From positions 62,001 through 126,000 of the IMG/VR virus record IMGVR_UViG_3300032268_000832: a stretch of DNA of 64,000 bases; one strand, written 5' to 3'. Shown here piece after piece: positions 37,872 through 47,204 of the stretch (positions are counted from its first letter, which is position 1; every line of letters begins with the position of its first letter). Under the pieces are notes generated by a model that ran no database searches, was not told the DNA's origin, and saw only the letters and a list, made by a program, of their open reading frames with translations. A program made the position numbers and the translations under genes.

Positions 37872-39011
37872 TTAATATACCCAGAACCCTAATGGTCTGT
37901 ATTTCATAGCTTTATTAAGACTCTCAGCTTCTGTCGCACCTCTTTCTAATTGTTTTGTACTAGAAAGTCTTTCAAGTCGCGCGTCTAGTCTTTCCAGAAC
38001 TGCTTTTTTCTCTTCGTTACCCTCAGATATCAATGTTTCATAATCCATAGTTCTTTCAGCCTCAGGCGGTCCTACAATACCACCAAATTTACCTCTAGTT
38101 CTACCCAACGCTCTTTTAGCTTCAGCAATAAATAATTGACGGATAAGAGTTTTTGTTGGTTCGTTAAAATCAGCAAAATCCAGTTTTGCCAACGGAACTT
38201 GGTTAGGCATTTTTATAATATCTGGGTTGTCTTGTCTACATTGGTCAATATTTTCTGGTGTAGTATCATAATAGTGGTACCATACTTGACATCCTGTCAT
38301 GTTAATAGAACTACCAACACCACCAATACCTTGACCGAAAGAAAGTTTAGAACCTGGGGTGCTCATTAAATGTAATAATTTAGTACCTTCAGGTCCAGCG
38401 GTTATTTTATAAACCAACTCACTTCTAATGATTCTGTTTTTTAAATTCATATCAGCAGCGGTAAGTAAAATATCAAATGCTGGTGCAACATAATACCCCA
38501 TTCTTCCGTTAGGACCACCAGTACCAACACCACCACCAACTTGTGAAAAACCACCACCAAAACCATAATCGATACCACCATAATTAGCTAACAATGCTTG
38601 ACTAGTCGCTGGAGGTGTTATCCAAAGAACTTCGTTTATTTCACGGCCAGCTGGTATTTGATATACTTGACGACCAGATTCTAATTCAACATAGTCTTTT
38701 TTAAGTTCCCATGGTCCTCTAGTTTGTAAACCAACTTGTTTTGAATACGCATAAGTATATTGTGTCATAAAATCAAAATTTCTAACACTTAAAGCAAATG
38801 CCATATCAATAGTATCCATGTTTTGACCTATAATTGATTGCCATTGATGTTCTATAAGCCATTCTTGCACATATTGTGCGTAGTCTTCTATTGAAATCTC
38901 CAATAGAGTACATAGTTGTTCATCTGTCAATTCTATTTGACGGATTGGAGCACCTACTGAATGTCTAAATTGTCTAAAAAGTTTATCTTTTTCTTCTAAA
39001 CTAACGCCCAT
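37872..39011 (-). CDS. Neck/head-tail adaptor protein (T4 gp13-like)
   Basis: GAPIRQIELTDEQL...A..K..LGRTRGKF...G..L...G.EEK..L; start moved to ATG 39011. Confidence 0.75.
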   Translation of the reverse strand: MGVSLEEKDKLFRQFRHSVGAPIRQIELTDEQLCTLLEISIEDYAQYVQEWLIEHQWQSIIGQNMDTIDMAFALSVRNFDFMTQYTYAYSKQVGLQTRGPWELKKDYVELESGRQVYQIPAGREINEVLWITPPATSQALLANYGGIDYGFGGGFSQVGGGVGTGGPNGRMGYYVAPAFDILLTAADMNLKNRIIRSELVYKITAGPEGTKLLHLMSTPGSKLSFGQGIGGVGSSINMTGCQVWYHYYDTTPENIDQCRQDNPDIIKMPNQVPLAKLDFADFNEPTKTLIRQLFIAEAKRALGRTRGKFGGIVGPPEAERTMDYETLISEGNEEKKAVLERLDARLERLSSTKQLERGATEAESLNKAMKYRPLGFWVY

Positions 39012-39025
39012 ATTTTTTCTTTTCT

Positions 39026-39034
39026 TATAAATAT
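39026..39034 (-). promoter_or_regulatory. Putative late promoter ATATTTATA
   Basis: 14 nt upstream of ATG 39011. Confidence 0.65.
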
Positions 39035-39048
39035 AAGAAAAAATCAAA

Positions 39049-39309
39049 TTAAACTAAAAACTTCTTAGTTAATTCGACGGCTTCGGTAATGGTTTTAAAC
39101 GAAACGTTTGGTACAAATAGTTGTTTTTCAATTCTAACAATCGGCACTTCTTCGGCGTTAGATACTTCTAATATTTGTTGAAATTCTTCTTGATTTTCTG
39201 GTAAATCTATATCAACATTTCTATATTCAATATTTTCTTGTTCTAACAAGTTTTTTAATTCCGTACAATAAGGACATTCACTCATTGTGTAAATAGTTAC
39301 TTTATTCAT
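39049..39309 (-). CDS. Glutaredoxin (NrdH-like)
   Basis: VTIYT..CPYC, VP motif. Confidence 0.9.
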   Translation of the reverse strand: MNKVTIYTMSECPYCTELKNLLEQENIEYRNVDIDLPENQEEFQQILEVSNAEEVPIVRIEKQLFVPNVSFKTITEAVELTKKFLV

Positions 39310-41128
39310 ATAATTTTTCTATTAATTTTTCTGTTATTTCTTCTTCGGTAAATTCTTTTTCACCCATTATAATTGATATTACATCTTTTTTAGTGTTAAG
39401 CATATCCCACATTCTAGTTGATATGGTATCATCGAATAATTGATAGTAAACATTAACATCGTTTTTTTGACCTATACGGAATGCTCTATCTTCGGCTTGC
39501 TCGTTATTCCCTGGCACCCAATCAAATGAGTTAAAAATAACAACCGTACCCTCAGTAAGTGTAATCCCAACACCAGCTGATTTAATATTACCAACAAAAA
39601 CTTTAACCTTATCATTGTTTTGAAAAGCGTCAACAGATTTTTGTTTCATAGAATTAGACATAGGTCCGTTATGTTTAACAGCCGCTTTACCAAAATGGTC
39701 AGCAATTGTATTTAATTCATCTGTGAAACTTGTAAATACAATAACCTTACGACCCATTTCGATTGCATTTTCAACCATTTCAATTGTGTAGGGTATTGCT
39801 TGTTGTGCAATAAATTGTCTAAGAAGAATTAATTCTACTAAATCCTTCTGTTCTTCTCTCACTTTTTTACCAGCAGCTTTTTTAGCCAATATGTATTCTT
39901 CCCATAAATATTCATATTGTTTTTTTTGCTTACTATCCAACAAATGATACATTGGAGAAACAACTTTATCTGGCATATCCAAAACTTCTGTTTTAAGTCT
40001 TCTAAGAATAATATTTTTAGTCTTAGATGCCAATTCTTCTAAATTACTAGCACCATCAGTAAGCCATATTTGTTTTTTTTGACCATTTTTAAGCGTTCTA
40101 AAGAACTTTCTACCTTCACAGTATCTAGTTGCATAGTGTTGCCAATTATTAGCTATAGGAGACTTTATAATCTTTAATAAATTAAAGAAATCCATAGGTC
40201 TGTTAGCAACTGGTGTACCAGTTAATAACCAAACTTTTTCTATATTATGTTTAGTTGATAGTTCGACCATAATTTTACCTCTAATACTATCATTATTTTT
40301 AAGATAGTGAGCTTCATCTATTATACATAAATCATAACCAGCTTCAGCTAATTGTCTATGTATTGTAGGGTGTTCGTTTTCTTTACCTTTTTTTACTAGT
40401 GTGTGAAAATTTTTAAGGATATCAAAGTTTATTATCGTGAATTTAGAATCTGAAAATTTCTTTCCATCAATAATTGTTGTTTCATTAGAAAAAACGTTTA
40501 TTTCTCGTTCCCAGTTAATCTTTGTTGATGATGGGCATACGATAAGTATTTTTTTTGCACCACTTTCTATTGCAGCGATAATTGATTGGATAGATTTACC
40601 TAGACCCATATCATCAGCAAGTATACACCCGTTTCTAGATAATAAAAATTTTATACCTTCTTCTTGGTGTTGATATAATTTTTTACCTAATTTACTTAAC
40701 ACATCATTGTATTTAGTAAAATCAACATTGACATTTATGGATTCAAAATATGGGTCATCTGTTACTTGTGTTTTTGGTAACCAAAGCAATTTAGATTCAC
40801 TTTTTTTAGTTAGTTTCCCATAAACGTGGTAAGCTTTTTCTGTTTCAGCTAACATAAATTCGATAAGAATTCTTTTGGGTGTAAAATCTAATTCCATTTT
40901 TGTTTTTAATTCTTCACCTAAATATTCGGTAATATTAACCACACGATTCATGAATTGTGGGTCTCTATCTACATTATCTATAATATATCTTGATTGCGTG
41001 TCAGTTAACAGCAATTTTTTTGTCTTTAAATATTCAGCCTTAAGTGTTAGTATGTATGGATTATACCCATCATATGTTTCTAACATATCTAATGCTGAAC
41101 GACCTTTTATATCGTCTAATTTAATCAA
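39302..41128 (-). CDS. SNF2-family helicase (HARP/SMARCAL1-like)
   Basis: LADDMGLGKS, DEAH, LTGTP..NRP, GVGITLT, QAEDRAFRIGQ. Confidence 0.92.
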   Translation of the reverse strand: MIKLDDIKGRSALDMLETYDGYNPYILTLKAEYLKTKKLLLTDTQSRYIIDNVDRDPQFMNRVVNITEYLGEELKTKMELDFTPKRILIEFMLAETEKAYHVYGKLTKKSESKLLWLPKTQVTDDPYFESINVNVDFTKYNDVLSKLGKKLYQHQEEGIKFLLSRNGCILADDMGLGKSIQSIIAAIESGAKKILIVCPSSTKINWEREINVFSNETTIIDGKKFSDSKFTIINFDILKNFHTLVKKGKENEHPTIHRQLAEAGYDLCIIDEAHYLKNNDSIRGKIMVELSTKHNIEKVWLLTGTPVANRPMDFFNLLKIIKSPIANNWQHYATRYCEGRKFFRTLKNGQKKQIWLTDGASNLEELASKTKNIILRRLKTEVLDMPDKVVSPMYHLLDSKQKKQYEYLWEEYILAKKAAGKKVREEQKDLVELILLRQFIAQQAIPYTIEMVENAIEMGRKVIVFTSFTDELNTIADHFGKAAVKHNGPMSNSMKQKSVDAFQNNDKVKVFVGNIKSAGVGITLTEGTVVIFNSFDWVPGNNEQAEDRAFRIGQKNDVNVYYQLFDDTISTRMWDMLNTKKDVISIIMGEKEFTEEEITEKLIEKLYE

Positions 41129-41161
41129 TCTACATATTCTTTTTTTTTACGTTATAACATT

Positions 41162-41192
41162 TAAATATAATAAAAAAATAAATAAAAATCAA
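41162..41192 (-). promoter_or_regulatory. SigmaA-like promoter TTG-N20-TATATTTA
   Basis: Near-consensus upstream of helicase. Confidence 0.5.
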
Positions 41193-41215
41193 GGGTTTTA
41201 AGTTATTATTTAAAA

Positions 41216-41229
41216 TATAAATATTTATA
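41216..41229. promoter_or_regulatory. Palindromic late motif TATAAATATTTATA
   Basis: ATATTTATA 14 nt upstream of ATG 41244; readable on both strands. Confidence 0.6.
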
Positions 41230-41243
41230 ATAAAAATACATAT

Positions 41244-41771
41244 ATGAACAATCAAAATAACAATATCACACCCATAACTAGAATCAATAAATTTTTCTCT
41301 GAAGAAGATTTTAATTTAGAGATTTCAATGGGTCGCGAGGCAATTGAAGGTGATGGAAATTTTACAGTTATCCTTTATAGAGTTGACCGCGATATGACAG
41401 AATTCGATAATGTTTATGGTGAAGCATCGGCTGATGGTATAAGATATTTCCCACCAGTTGAGTTAAAGGTAATTCCTATAATGGCTGAAGCTGAAAATAA
41501 AGCGTATAATGGAAACGGTAGCCTTAGATACTTACAAGATGGGCAATTGACTTTTGGAATTTATGATGCTCAACTAACTGATTTAAAAACACAGATAAGT
41601 TATGGTGATTATATTGGATACCCAGTTACTGAAACTGAAATAAGATATTTTAGTGTTGTTAATGATGGTGTGAAAAACTATGACAATAAACATACAATTA
41701 TGGGTTATAAGGGTGCCTTTAGAACTATATTGTGTGCAAGTGTTGAATATAACGAATTTAAAGGAGTTTAA
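41244..41771 (+). CDS. Neck/head closure protein (T4 gp14-like)
   Basis: VILYRVD...DNVYGE...F.PPVE...GDYI; position before tail terminator. Confidence 0.6.
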   Translation: MNNQNNNITPITRINKFFSEEDFNLEISMGREAIEGDGNFTVILYRVDRDMTEFDNVYGEASADGIRYFPPVELKVIPIMAEAENKAYNGNGSLRYLQDGQLTFGIYDAQLTDLKTQISYGDYIGYPVTETEIRYFSVVNDGVKNYDNKHTIMGYKGAFRTILCASVEYNEFKGV

Positions 41772-41776
41772 TAATT

Positions 41777-42838
41777 ATGATGCCAAAAGGATACATAACA
41801 AATATAGATATTACCAATGGTAAGATTGGTCCAGAGAGACGTCAAGAAATTCTTGACGGTATTGCTGACCAAGGTACTTTTTTACCTAGGGGTGTAAACG
41901 CTGAAGATATGGATTCTTCAGTTGTTGATTTTTTTAATTCTGAAGATGGTTTATCTATCAGTATTGATGGAGAGAAGGTACCTGTTATATTTTTAACGAT
42001 ACAAAGATGGAATGAATTTACTAAAACATGGAGTTTCACCGATAAGTATAAAAATATAAGCATGCCATTTATAACAATACTTAGAAAACCAGATATACAA
42101 CAAGGTCAAAATCAAGCTGGTTTATGGAACATCCCAGGTCGTCGTACTTACACTTATATGAAAGTACCAACATGGGATGGTGCTAGAAGTGGTGTTGATT
42201 TATACAAAGTACCACAACCAGTCTCAGTTGATTTAACTTATGAGATTAGAATCTTTACAACTAAAATGAAAGACTTAAATTTATTTAATACAGCTATTCA
42301 ATTAGCCTTTCAATCTAGACAATGTTATATAAACGTAAAAGGTCATCCGATGCCATTGCATTTAGAGTCTATAGGTGATGAGAGTAATATTGATGACTTT
42401 GAAAATAAAAGATTTTATGTTCAAACTTTTGAAGTGACTTTATTGGGTTATTTGTTAGATGAATCTCAATATGAGGTAATTCCAACTATAAATAGAACTG
42501 TAATGGCTTTAGAAATTGATGAGAGAAAAATATTTAACGATGTTTTATTTGATGCGTCTAGAAAAGATAATATAGCTAATTATGCTTTTATTTTTAAACC
42601 TAGGTCTAATAATCAATTTAGTTTTACTTTACAATATGATGTAAACTTTACTCAATTAATAGATGTTAAGAATATATCTAGAATAACAATTATATCTAAT
42701 GGTTCAACGATATTTGATGGTACAATAATGAACACACCTTTAATATTAAGTGCAAATGATATTATAACAATAAAAGTCACTAAAAACTATTTAGCTGTAA
42801 GTGAATTTAAATTAGTAGGAACAACAATTACATCATAA
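41777..42838 (+). CDS. Tail terminator/sheath stabiliser (T4 gp15-like)
   Basis: VPVI...RW...MPFITI...P.SVDLTYEIRIFT...F.VTLLGYL. Confidence 0.65.
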   Translation: MMPKGYITNIDITNGKIGPERRQEILDGIADQGTFLPRGVNAEDMDSSVVDFFNSEDGLSISIDGEKVPVIFLTIQRWNEFTKTWSFTDKYKNISMPFITILRKPDIQQGQNQAGLWNIPGRRTYTYMKVPTWDGARSGVDLYKVPQPVSVDLTYEIRIFTTKMKDLNLFNTAIQLAFQSRQCYINVKGHPMPLHLESIGDESNIDDFENKRFYVQTFEVTLLGYLLDESQYEVIPTINRTVMALEIDERKIFNDVLFDASRKDNIANYAFIFKPRSNNQFSFTLQYDVNFTQLIDVKNISRITIISNGSTIFDGTIMNTPLILSANDIITIKVTKNYLAVSEFKLVGTTITS

Positions 42839-44886
42839 TGAATAATGGAACAAAATCTTTAAGTATAAACGAAACGTTTATTATAGAACCAGTAGACGGT
42901 GTTGAAGTGTATAGTGCATGTACAGCATTTTATACTAACAACCTTATATCATGTAGTGGAAACACTGAAATAATTATGGGTATTGGTGGAGTGAGCACTA
43001 ATTTAGCTTTTAGTGCTGTTACTTTTTATGGTGATGGTTCAAATTTAACTGGTATTTCAACTCAAGATACGTATATTACTGGTGGTACATATTCTGCTGG
43101 TACTACTAGATTATTTGATAGTAGTGGAAACACAATTACAATTGGTGGGTATTTTACACCGTCAGATGACATATATGTTAGTGGTTTAACGTTTAATACG
43201 TCTAATTATGATTTAACAGTAAAAAGAAATGATGGTGTTAATTTTACGCAAAGCCTTTCTATTCTTGCAAGTGACCTTACTATAACTGGTGGTACTTATA
43301 ACCCATCGACAGGTACCGCTACTTTTACTAATAATACTGGTGGAACCTTTAATGTTACTGGTTTTTTAACTGGTTTTACAGATATTTTTGTTACTGGTGC
43401 AACATTTAATAATGATAATTTAAGGTTAACTAGAAACGATAACAACAATATTAATGTAGCCATAAATAAATTTGATTCATTAACTGCTAACACAATATCA
43501 GCTACAACATATGAAAATTTACCAATAAAATACTATGCTGAATTTTCTGGTTCACCAAGCATTAGACCTATAGTGTATTCGGCTAATAGTATTGCAATAG
43601 GTGATGGCGCTGAAGCCTTAAATGAAAATATGTTTGTTGTTGGACAATATGCTGGTAGTGGTACAACTGCTAATAATTCTAACTTTATAGGTTATGAAGC
43701 TGGTTTTGATTCAACCGAAGCGGAAAGTTCTAACTTTTTTGGTTATCAAGCTGGATATAATGCAACTACTGTAAGTGATTCTAACTTTTTTGGTTATGTT
43801 GCTGGTAACAGTGCAACCAATGCGTCTAATTCAAACTTTTTTGGCAATGGTGCTGGTCGTGAAGCAACCGATGCAAGTAATTGTAATTTTTTAGGTAATA
43901 GCGCTGGTTTTTCTGCAACTACTGTAAGTGGTTCTAACTTTATTGGTAATAGTGCTGGTTATCAAACAATAGAAGCAAATTATTCTAACTTTTTTGGTTA
44001 TGCTGGTGCTCTAGCAACCGATGTTAATAATTCTAACTTTTTTGGTAATCAAGCTGGTGTTTATGCAACCGATGCAAGTAATTCAAACTTTATTGGTGAA
44101 AATGCTGGTTTTTATGCAACCAATGCTAATGATTCAAACTTTTTAGGTCAAGAAACTGGTCGTGAGGCAACTAATGCTACTTTTTCTAACTTTTTTGGGT
44201 ATAGAGCTGGTTATAAAACTATAAATTCAAGTAGTTCTAACTTTATTGGTTATCTAGCTGGTTCTCAAGTAACAGGTGCCAGTTATTCAACACTTATTGG
44301 TTTTAATGTTGGGAGTGCTACTGGTGCTAGTTTATCAATAGGTTCAAATAATATAATTATAGGGACTAATATTAGTTTACCAACTGGTACACAAGATAGT
44401 ATCAATATAGGTGGTGTGTTGTTTGGTTCTAACACATATTTTAACAGTAATGGTAGTACCAATCCATTTACTGGTGCTTTATCCACTGGTAGAATTGGTA
44501 TTAATGTGGTGCAACCAACACATTCATTACATGTATCTGGTGATACAAGGATACAAGGTGGTCTTACTGCGACAACATATAACGGATATAACCCTTTACC
44601 GACACAAGCGGCAATTAGTAGTGGTGTTACATTATCTTTTATTACAGATACTGTATATGGAACACTTTTAACACCAGAAACTAGCAGCGCTATTACAGCA
44701 AATGTTACTGGTGCTCTTTTGGGTGTTACAAACATTTTAATACATAGTGGTAGCACTACACCTACATTTGAGAGTCAATATAAAAAATTAAGTGGTAGTG
44801 GTAATTATTCTGCTGGTACGATAAATTATATTTTTTGTACATATATAGCACCAACAGAAATTATTTATTCTATAAATCAAAGGTAA
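42838..44886 (+). CDS. Fibre protein, paralog of 32153, with 12 SNFxG repeats
   Basis: FYGDGSNLTGI, TGGT modules, SNFFGYQAG repeats, NNIIIGTNI. Confidence 0.7.
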   Translation: MNNGTKSLSINETFIIEPVDGVEVYSACTAFYTNNLISCSGNTEIIMGIGGVSTNLAFSAVTFYGDGSNLTGISTQDTYITGGTYSAGTTRLFDSSGNTITIGGYFTPSDDIYVSGLTFNTSNYDLTVKRNDGVNFTQSLSILASDLTITGGTYNPSTGTATFTNNTGGTFNVTGFLTGFTDIFVTGATFNNDNLRLTRNDNNNINVAINKFDSLTANTISATTYENLPIKYYAEFSGSPSIRPIVYSANSIAIGDGAEALNENMFVVGQYAGSGTTANNSNFIGYEAGFDSTEAESSNFFGYQAGYNATTVSDSNFFGYVAGNSATNASNSNFFGNGAGREATDASNCNFLGNSAGFSATTVSGSNFIGNSAGYQTIEANYSNFFGYAGALATDVNNSNFFGNQAGVYATDASNSNFIGENAGFYATNANDSNFLGQETGREATNATFSNFFGYRAGYKTINSSSSNFIGYLAGSQVTGASYSTLIGFNVGSATGASLSIGSNNIIIGTNISLPTGTQDSINIGGVLFGSNTYFNSNGSTNPFTGALSTGRIGINVVQPTHSLHVSGDTRIQGGLTATTYNGYNPLPTQAAISSGVTLSFITDTVYGTLLTPETSSAITANVTGALLGVTNILIHSGSTTPTFESQYKKLSGSGNYSAGTINYIFCTYIAPTEIIYSINQR

Positions 44887-44892
44887 TAAGTT

Positions 44893-46872
44893 ATGAGTTT
44901 AAGAAGACTGATGTTATTTACACTGACATCAAAAATAAGAAATATTATTCTATTGTTTAAAAATAGAATTTTTTCAGATTTAGGTAGATTTGAAGCTGAG
45001 AATTGTTTGTACACACAACTTAATGGTTTAGAATATAAGGGGTTACTAGATTCGGCAAGTTTAGTTATAACACCAAACGGTTATGAAGAGACTAAATTAT
45101 TTAGTGTTGTTCCAAATGATGGAACAACAGATTTTGCAGTTACAAGAGCTACAGTAGCAACAAGGGTTAATTCACAGGGTCTTCTAGAAACCGTTCCGTA
45201 TAACCAACTTCAATATACATCTCAATTAGAAAACTCAACATTTACAAAAAGAAATGTAACAATAACTAATAATACACTAACCGACCCTAACAACAGTAAC
45301 ACAGCTTATAATATAGTAGGTAACTCAGGTGTTACTTATAGTTACGCTGGAAGTACTTCAATAACATCGATAATTTCAGAAGGGTTTGCAAATACATTAT
45401 TCAATCCATTTATCGGTAATGCTTCAGTTTATTTAAAATACAATGGTTTAAATAGTGTCAGATTTATTTTATCGGTTTCAACTTCTCTAAACCTTACTAC
45501 ATTAGTTTTTGTTCAAGTAAATTTACAATCAGGTGAAATCACAAATTCTCAACTTACGTCATCTGATGGTTTAACAAATATTTCTAATAGTTTTATTGAA
45601 AATGTAGGTAATGGTTGGTTTAGAATAGGATTTAAGATACTCACAGCGTCATCAACTACAAACAATAGATTGGCAGTATCTCTAGGTGACACAATAAAAA
45701 CAACAGGTAATGGTGTGGATGGTGTGTATATTTGGGGTTTGCAACTTACAGTTGGGGGTAATGTACAAGACTATTGGCCAACAAGTACAAGAATAAATAT
45801 ACCTAGATTGGATTATAGTGGTACCACATGTCCGACACTCCTTACTGAACCACAACTTACAAATAGTTGGACAAATAACAATATTACATCTGGTTATACA
45901 AATAACACAAACGCTATTCAAGTGGCAACAATACCTAATGCATTTGGGGAAGGTTTTGATGGGTTTGATTATAATTTCAGTAGTGGAACGTTTTTGTCGA
46001 GCACTTTTAGTATAAGACAATTTGATACTAGAGGGTTTCCAATTCAACGTTTGTGTTTTTTTGTTAAAAATCCATCATCAGATTTTTTTGGAATAAACTA
46101 CACAAACGCAACACAAGTTATTTATCAATTTAGTACATTAACAGCAAGAGATTATTATTTAAGTGGTAATACAGGTACTATTACTAAAATAAATGAAAAC
46201 ACATATGCGTTATACATGCATATGGATAACGCCTCAACTGGACAATTTTCTCAAGTTAGGGTAGGGTTTGTAGGGGACTTGACTAGTCAAGTCCCAATTA
46301 CGGGTAGTACTATTTTAGGGTTAGGGTACCAACAAGGTGCGGCAGCAGGTTCTACACTACCTCTAACCTATAACCCAATAACAACAGGTGCCTCATCAGT
46401 TACAAAAAACGCTGAAACACTTACTAAGGTAGGTATTGAAAATCTTATAGGTCAAACAGAAGGTACTTTGTTAGTTAAGGGGTACCAGTTTGATAGAGGG
46501 ATTGTTTTAAGAATAAGAAACAGTGGAAGTACAACACTTAACAGAATCGCAATATTCTGTGCAAGTAATGATGGAAAAGTTGAATGCGCAATAACTAAAA
46601 ATGGTACAGCTGTAAATTCAACTGTTCTGACATCACCAATTGTTTTTAAAAAAAACATTGCCTTTGTTTATTCAAATTTAGGTTTTAAAGTTTTTATTAA
46701 TGGTGCTATAATTTTTACACACACATACGCAACACAAACCGATTTTACCGCAGTACTAAATGAACTAAACTTAGGTTCAGTAAGCGAAAGAGCTACAGCT
46801 AGATTTGAATTAGTAGCTTTATGGAAAACACAATTAACAGATGAACAAGTAATACAATTAACCACATTATGA
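44893..46872 (+). CDS. Fibre/spike protein with carbohydrate-binding and LamG-like domains
   Basis: TRATVATRVNSQGLLE, VGNGWFRI, YIWGLQL, PRLDYSG.TCPTLL.EPQ.TN, GQTEGTL, LTDEQVIQLT. Confidence 0.65.
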   Translation: MSLRRLMLFTLTSKIRNIILLFKNRIFSDLGRFEAENCLYTQLNGLEYKGLLDSASLVITPNGYEETKLFSVVPNDGTTDFAVTRATVATRVNSQGLLETVPYNQLQYTSQLENSTFTKRNVTITNNTLTDPNNSNTAYNIVGNSGVTYSYAGSTSITSIISEGFANTLFNPFIGNASVYLKYNGLNSVRFILSVSTSLNLTTLVFVQVNLQSGEITNSQLTSSDGLTNISNSFIENVGNGWFRIGFKILTASSTTNNRLAVSLGDTIKTTGNGVDGVYIWGLQLTVGGNVQDYWPTSTRINIPRLDYSGTTCPTLLTEPQLTNSWTNNNITSGYTNNTNAIQVATIPNAFGEGFDGFDYNFSSGTFLSSTFSIRQFDTRGFPIQRLCFFVKNPSSDFFGINYTNATQVIYQFSTLTARDYYLSGNTGTITKINENTYALYMHMDNASTGQFSQVRVGFVGDLTSQVPITGSTILGLGYQQGAAAGSTLPLTYNPITTGASSVTKNAETLTKVGIENLIGQTEGTLLVKGYQFDRGIVLRIRNSGSTTLNRIAIFCASNDGKVECAITKNGTAVNSTVLTSPIVFKKNIAFVYSNLGFKVFINGAIIFTHTYATQTDFTAVLNELNLGSVSERATARFELVALWKTQLTDEQVIQLTTL

Positions 46873-47159
46873 TAAAGATATATAAATTAAAATATAATGA
46901 TAGAGAATCGGGTATAAACGATTTAATAAATAAGGAAGTTATAGATAGTGACGGATTGTTTGGTACAGGTATAAACGCTGTAGTAGAAGTTGGTAGAATA
47001 ATATTACTAAATGGAGTTTGTGATGATGAAGGAAATGAGGTTGAACCGACTCAATATTATGATGGGTATCACTTTGATGTCATGAGTGAAAGAGAAATAG
47101 ATTTTGGTTATAATGAAATAATTGTTAATAACCCAAAACACACTTTTTACGGTTTTTAA
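46869..47159 (+). CDS. Small fibre-companion protein
   Basis: Overlaps preceding stop; YDGYHFDVM...VNNPKHTF. Confidence 0.55.
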   Translation: MIKIYKLKYNDRESGINDLINKEVIDSDGLFGTGINAVVEVGRIILLNGVCDDEGNEVEPTQYYDGYHFDVMSEREIDFGYNEIIVNNPKHTFYGF

Positions 47160-47179
47160 ATTAAATTAAAATACTCATG

Positions 47180-47200
47180 ATATTTATTTATAAATAAATA
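47180..47200 (+). promoter_or_regulatory. Putative late promoter ATATTTAT overlapping a 20 bp AT palindrome
   Basis: Motif 47180-47187; TATTTATTTATAAATAAATA 47181-47200. Confidence 0.55.
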
Positions 47201-47204
47201 AAAT

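Noticed and set aside
39012-39047. ORF-track N-terminal extensions (39047, also 54516, 23359, 16570)
   Set aside because: They run through promoter motifs or the upstream gene; downstream ATGs have better context
43670-44300. Fibre repeats as a diversity-generating retroelement target
   Set aside because: No reverse transcriptase in the window and no adenine-specific template/variable repeat pair seen
47181-47200. 20 bp perfect palindrome as a distinct element
   Set aside because: Pure A/T and overlapping a late box; plausible by chance
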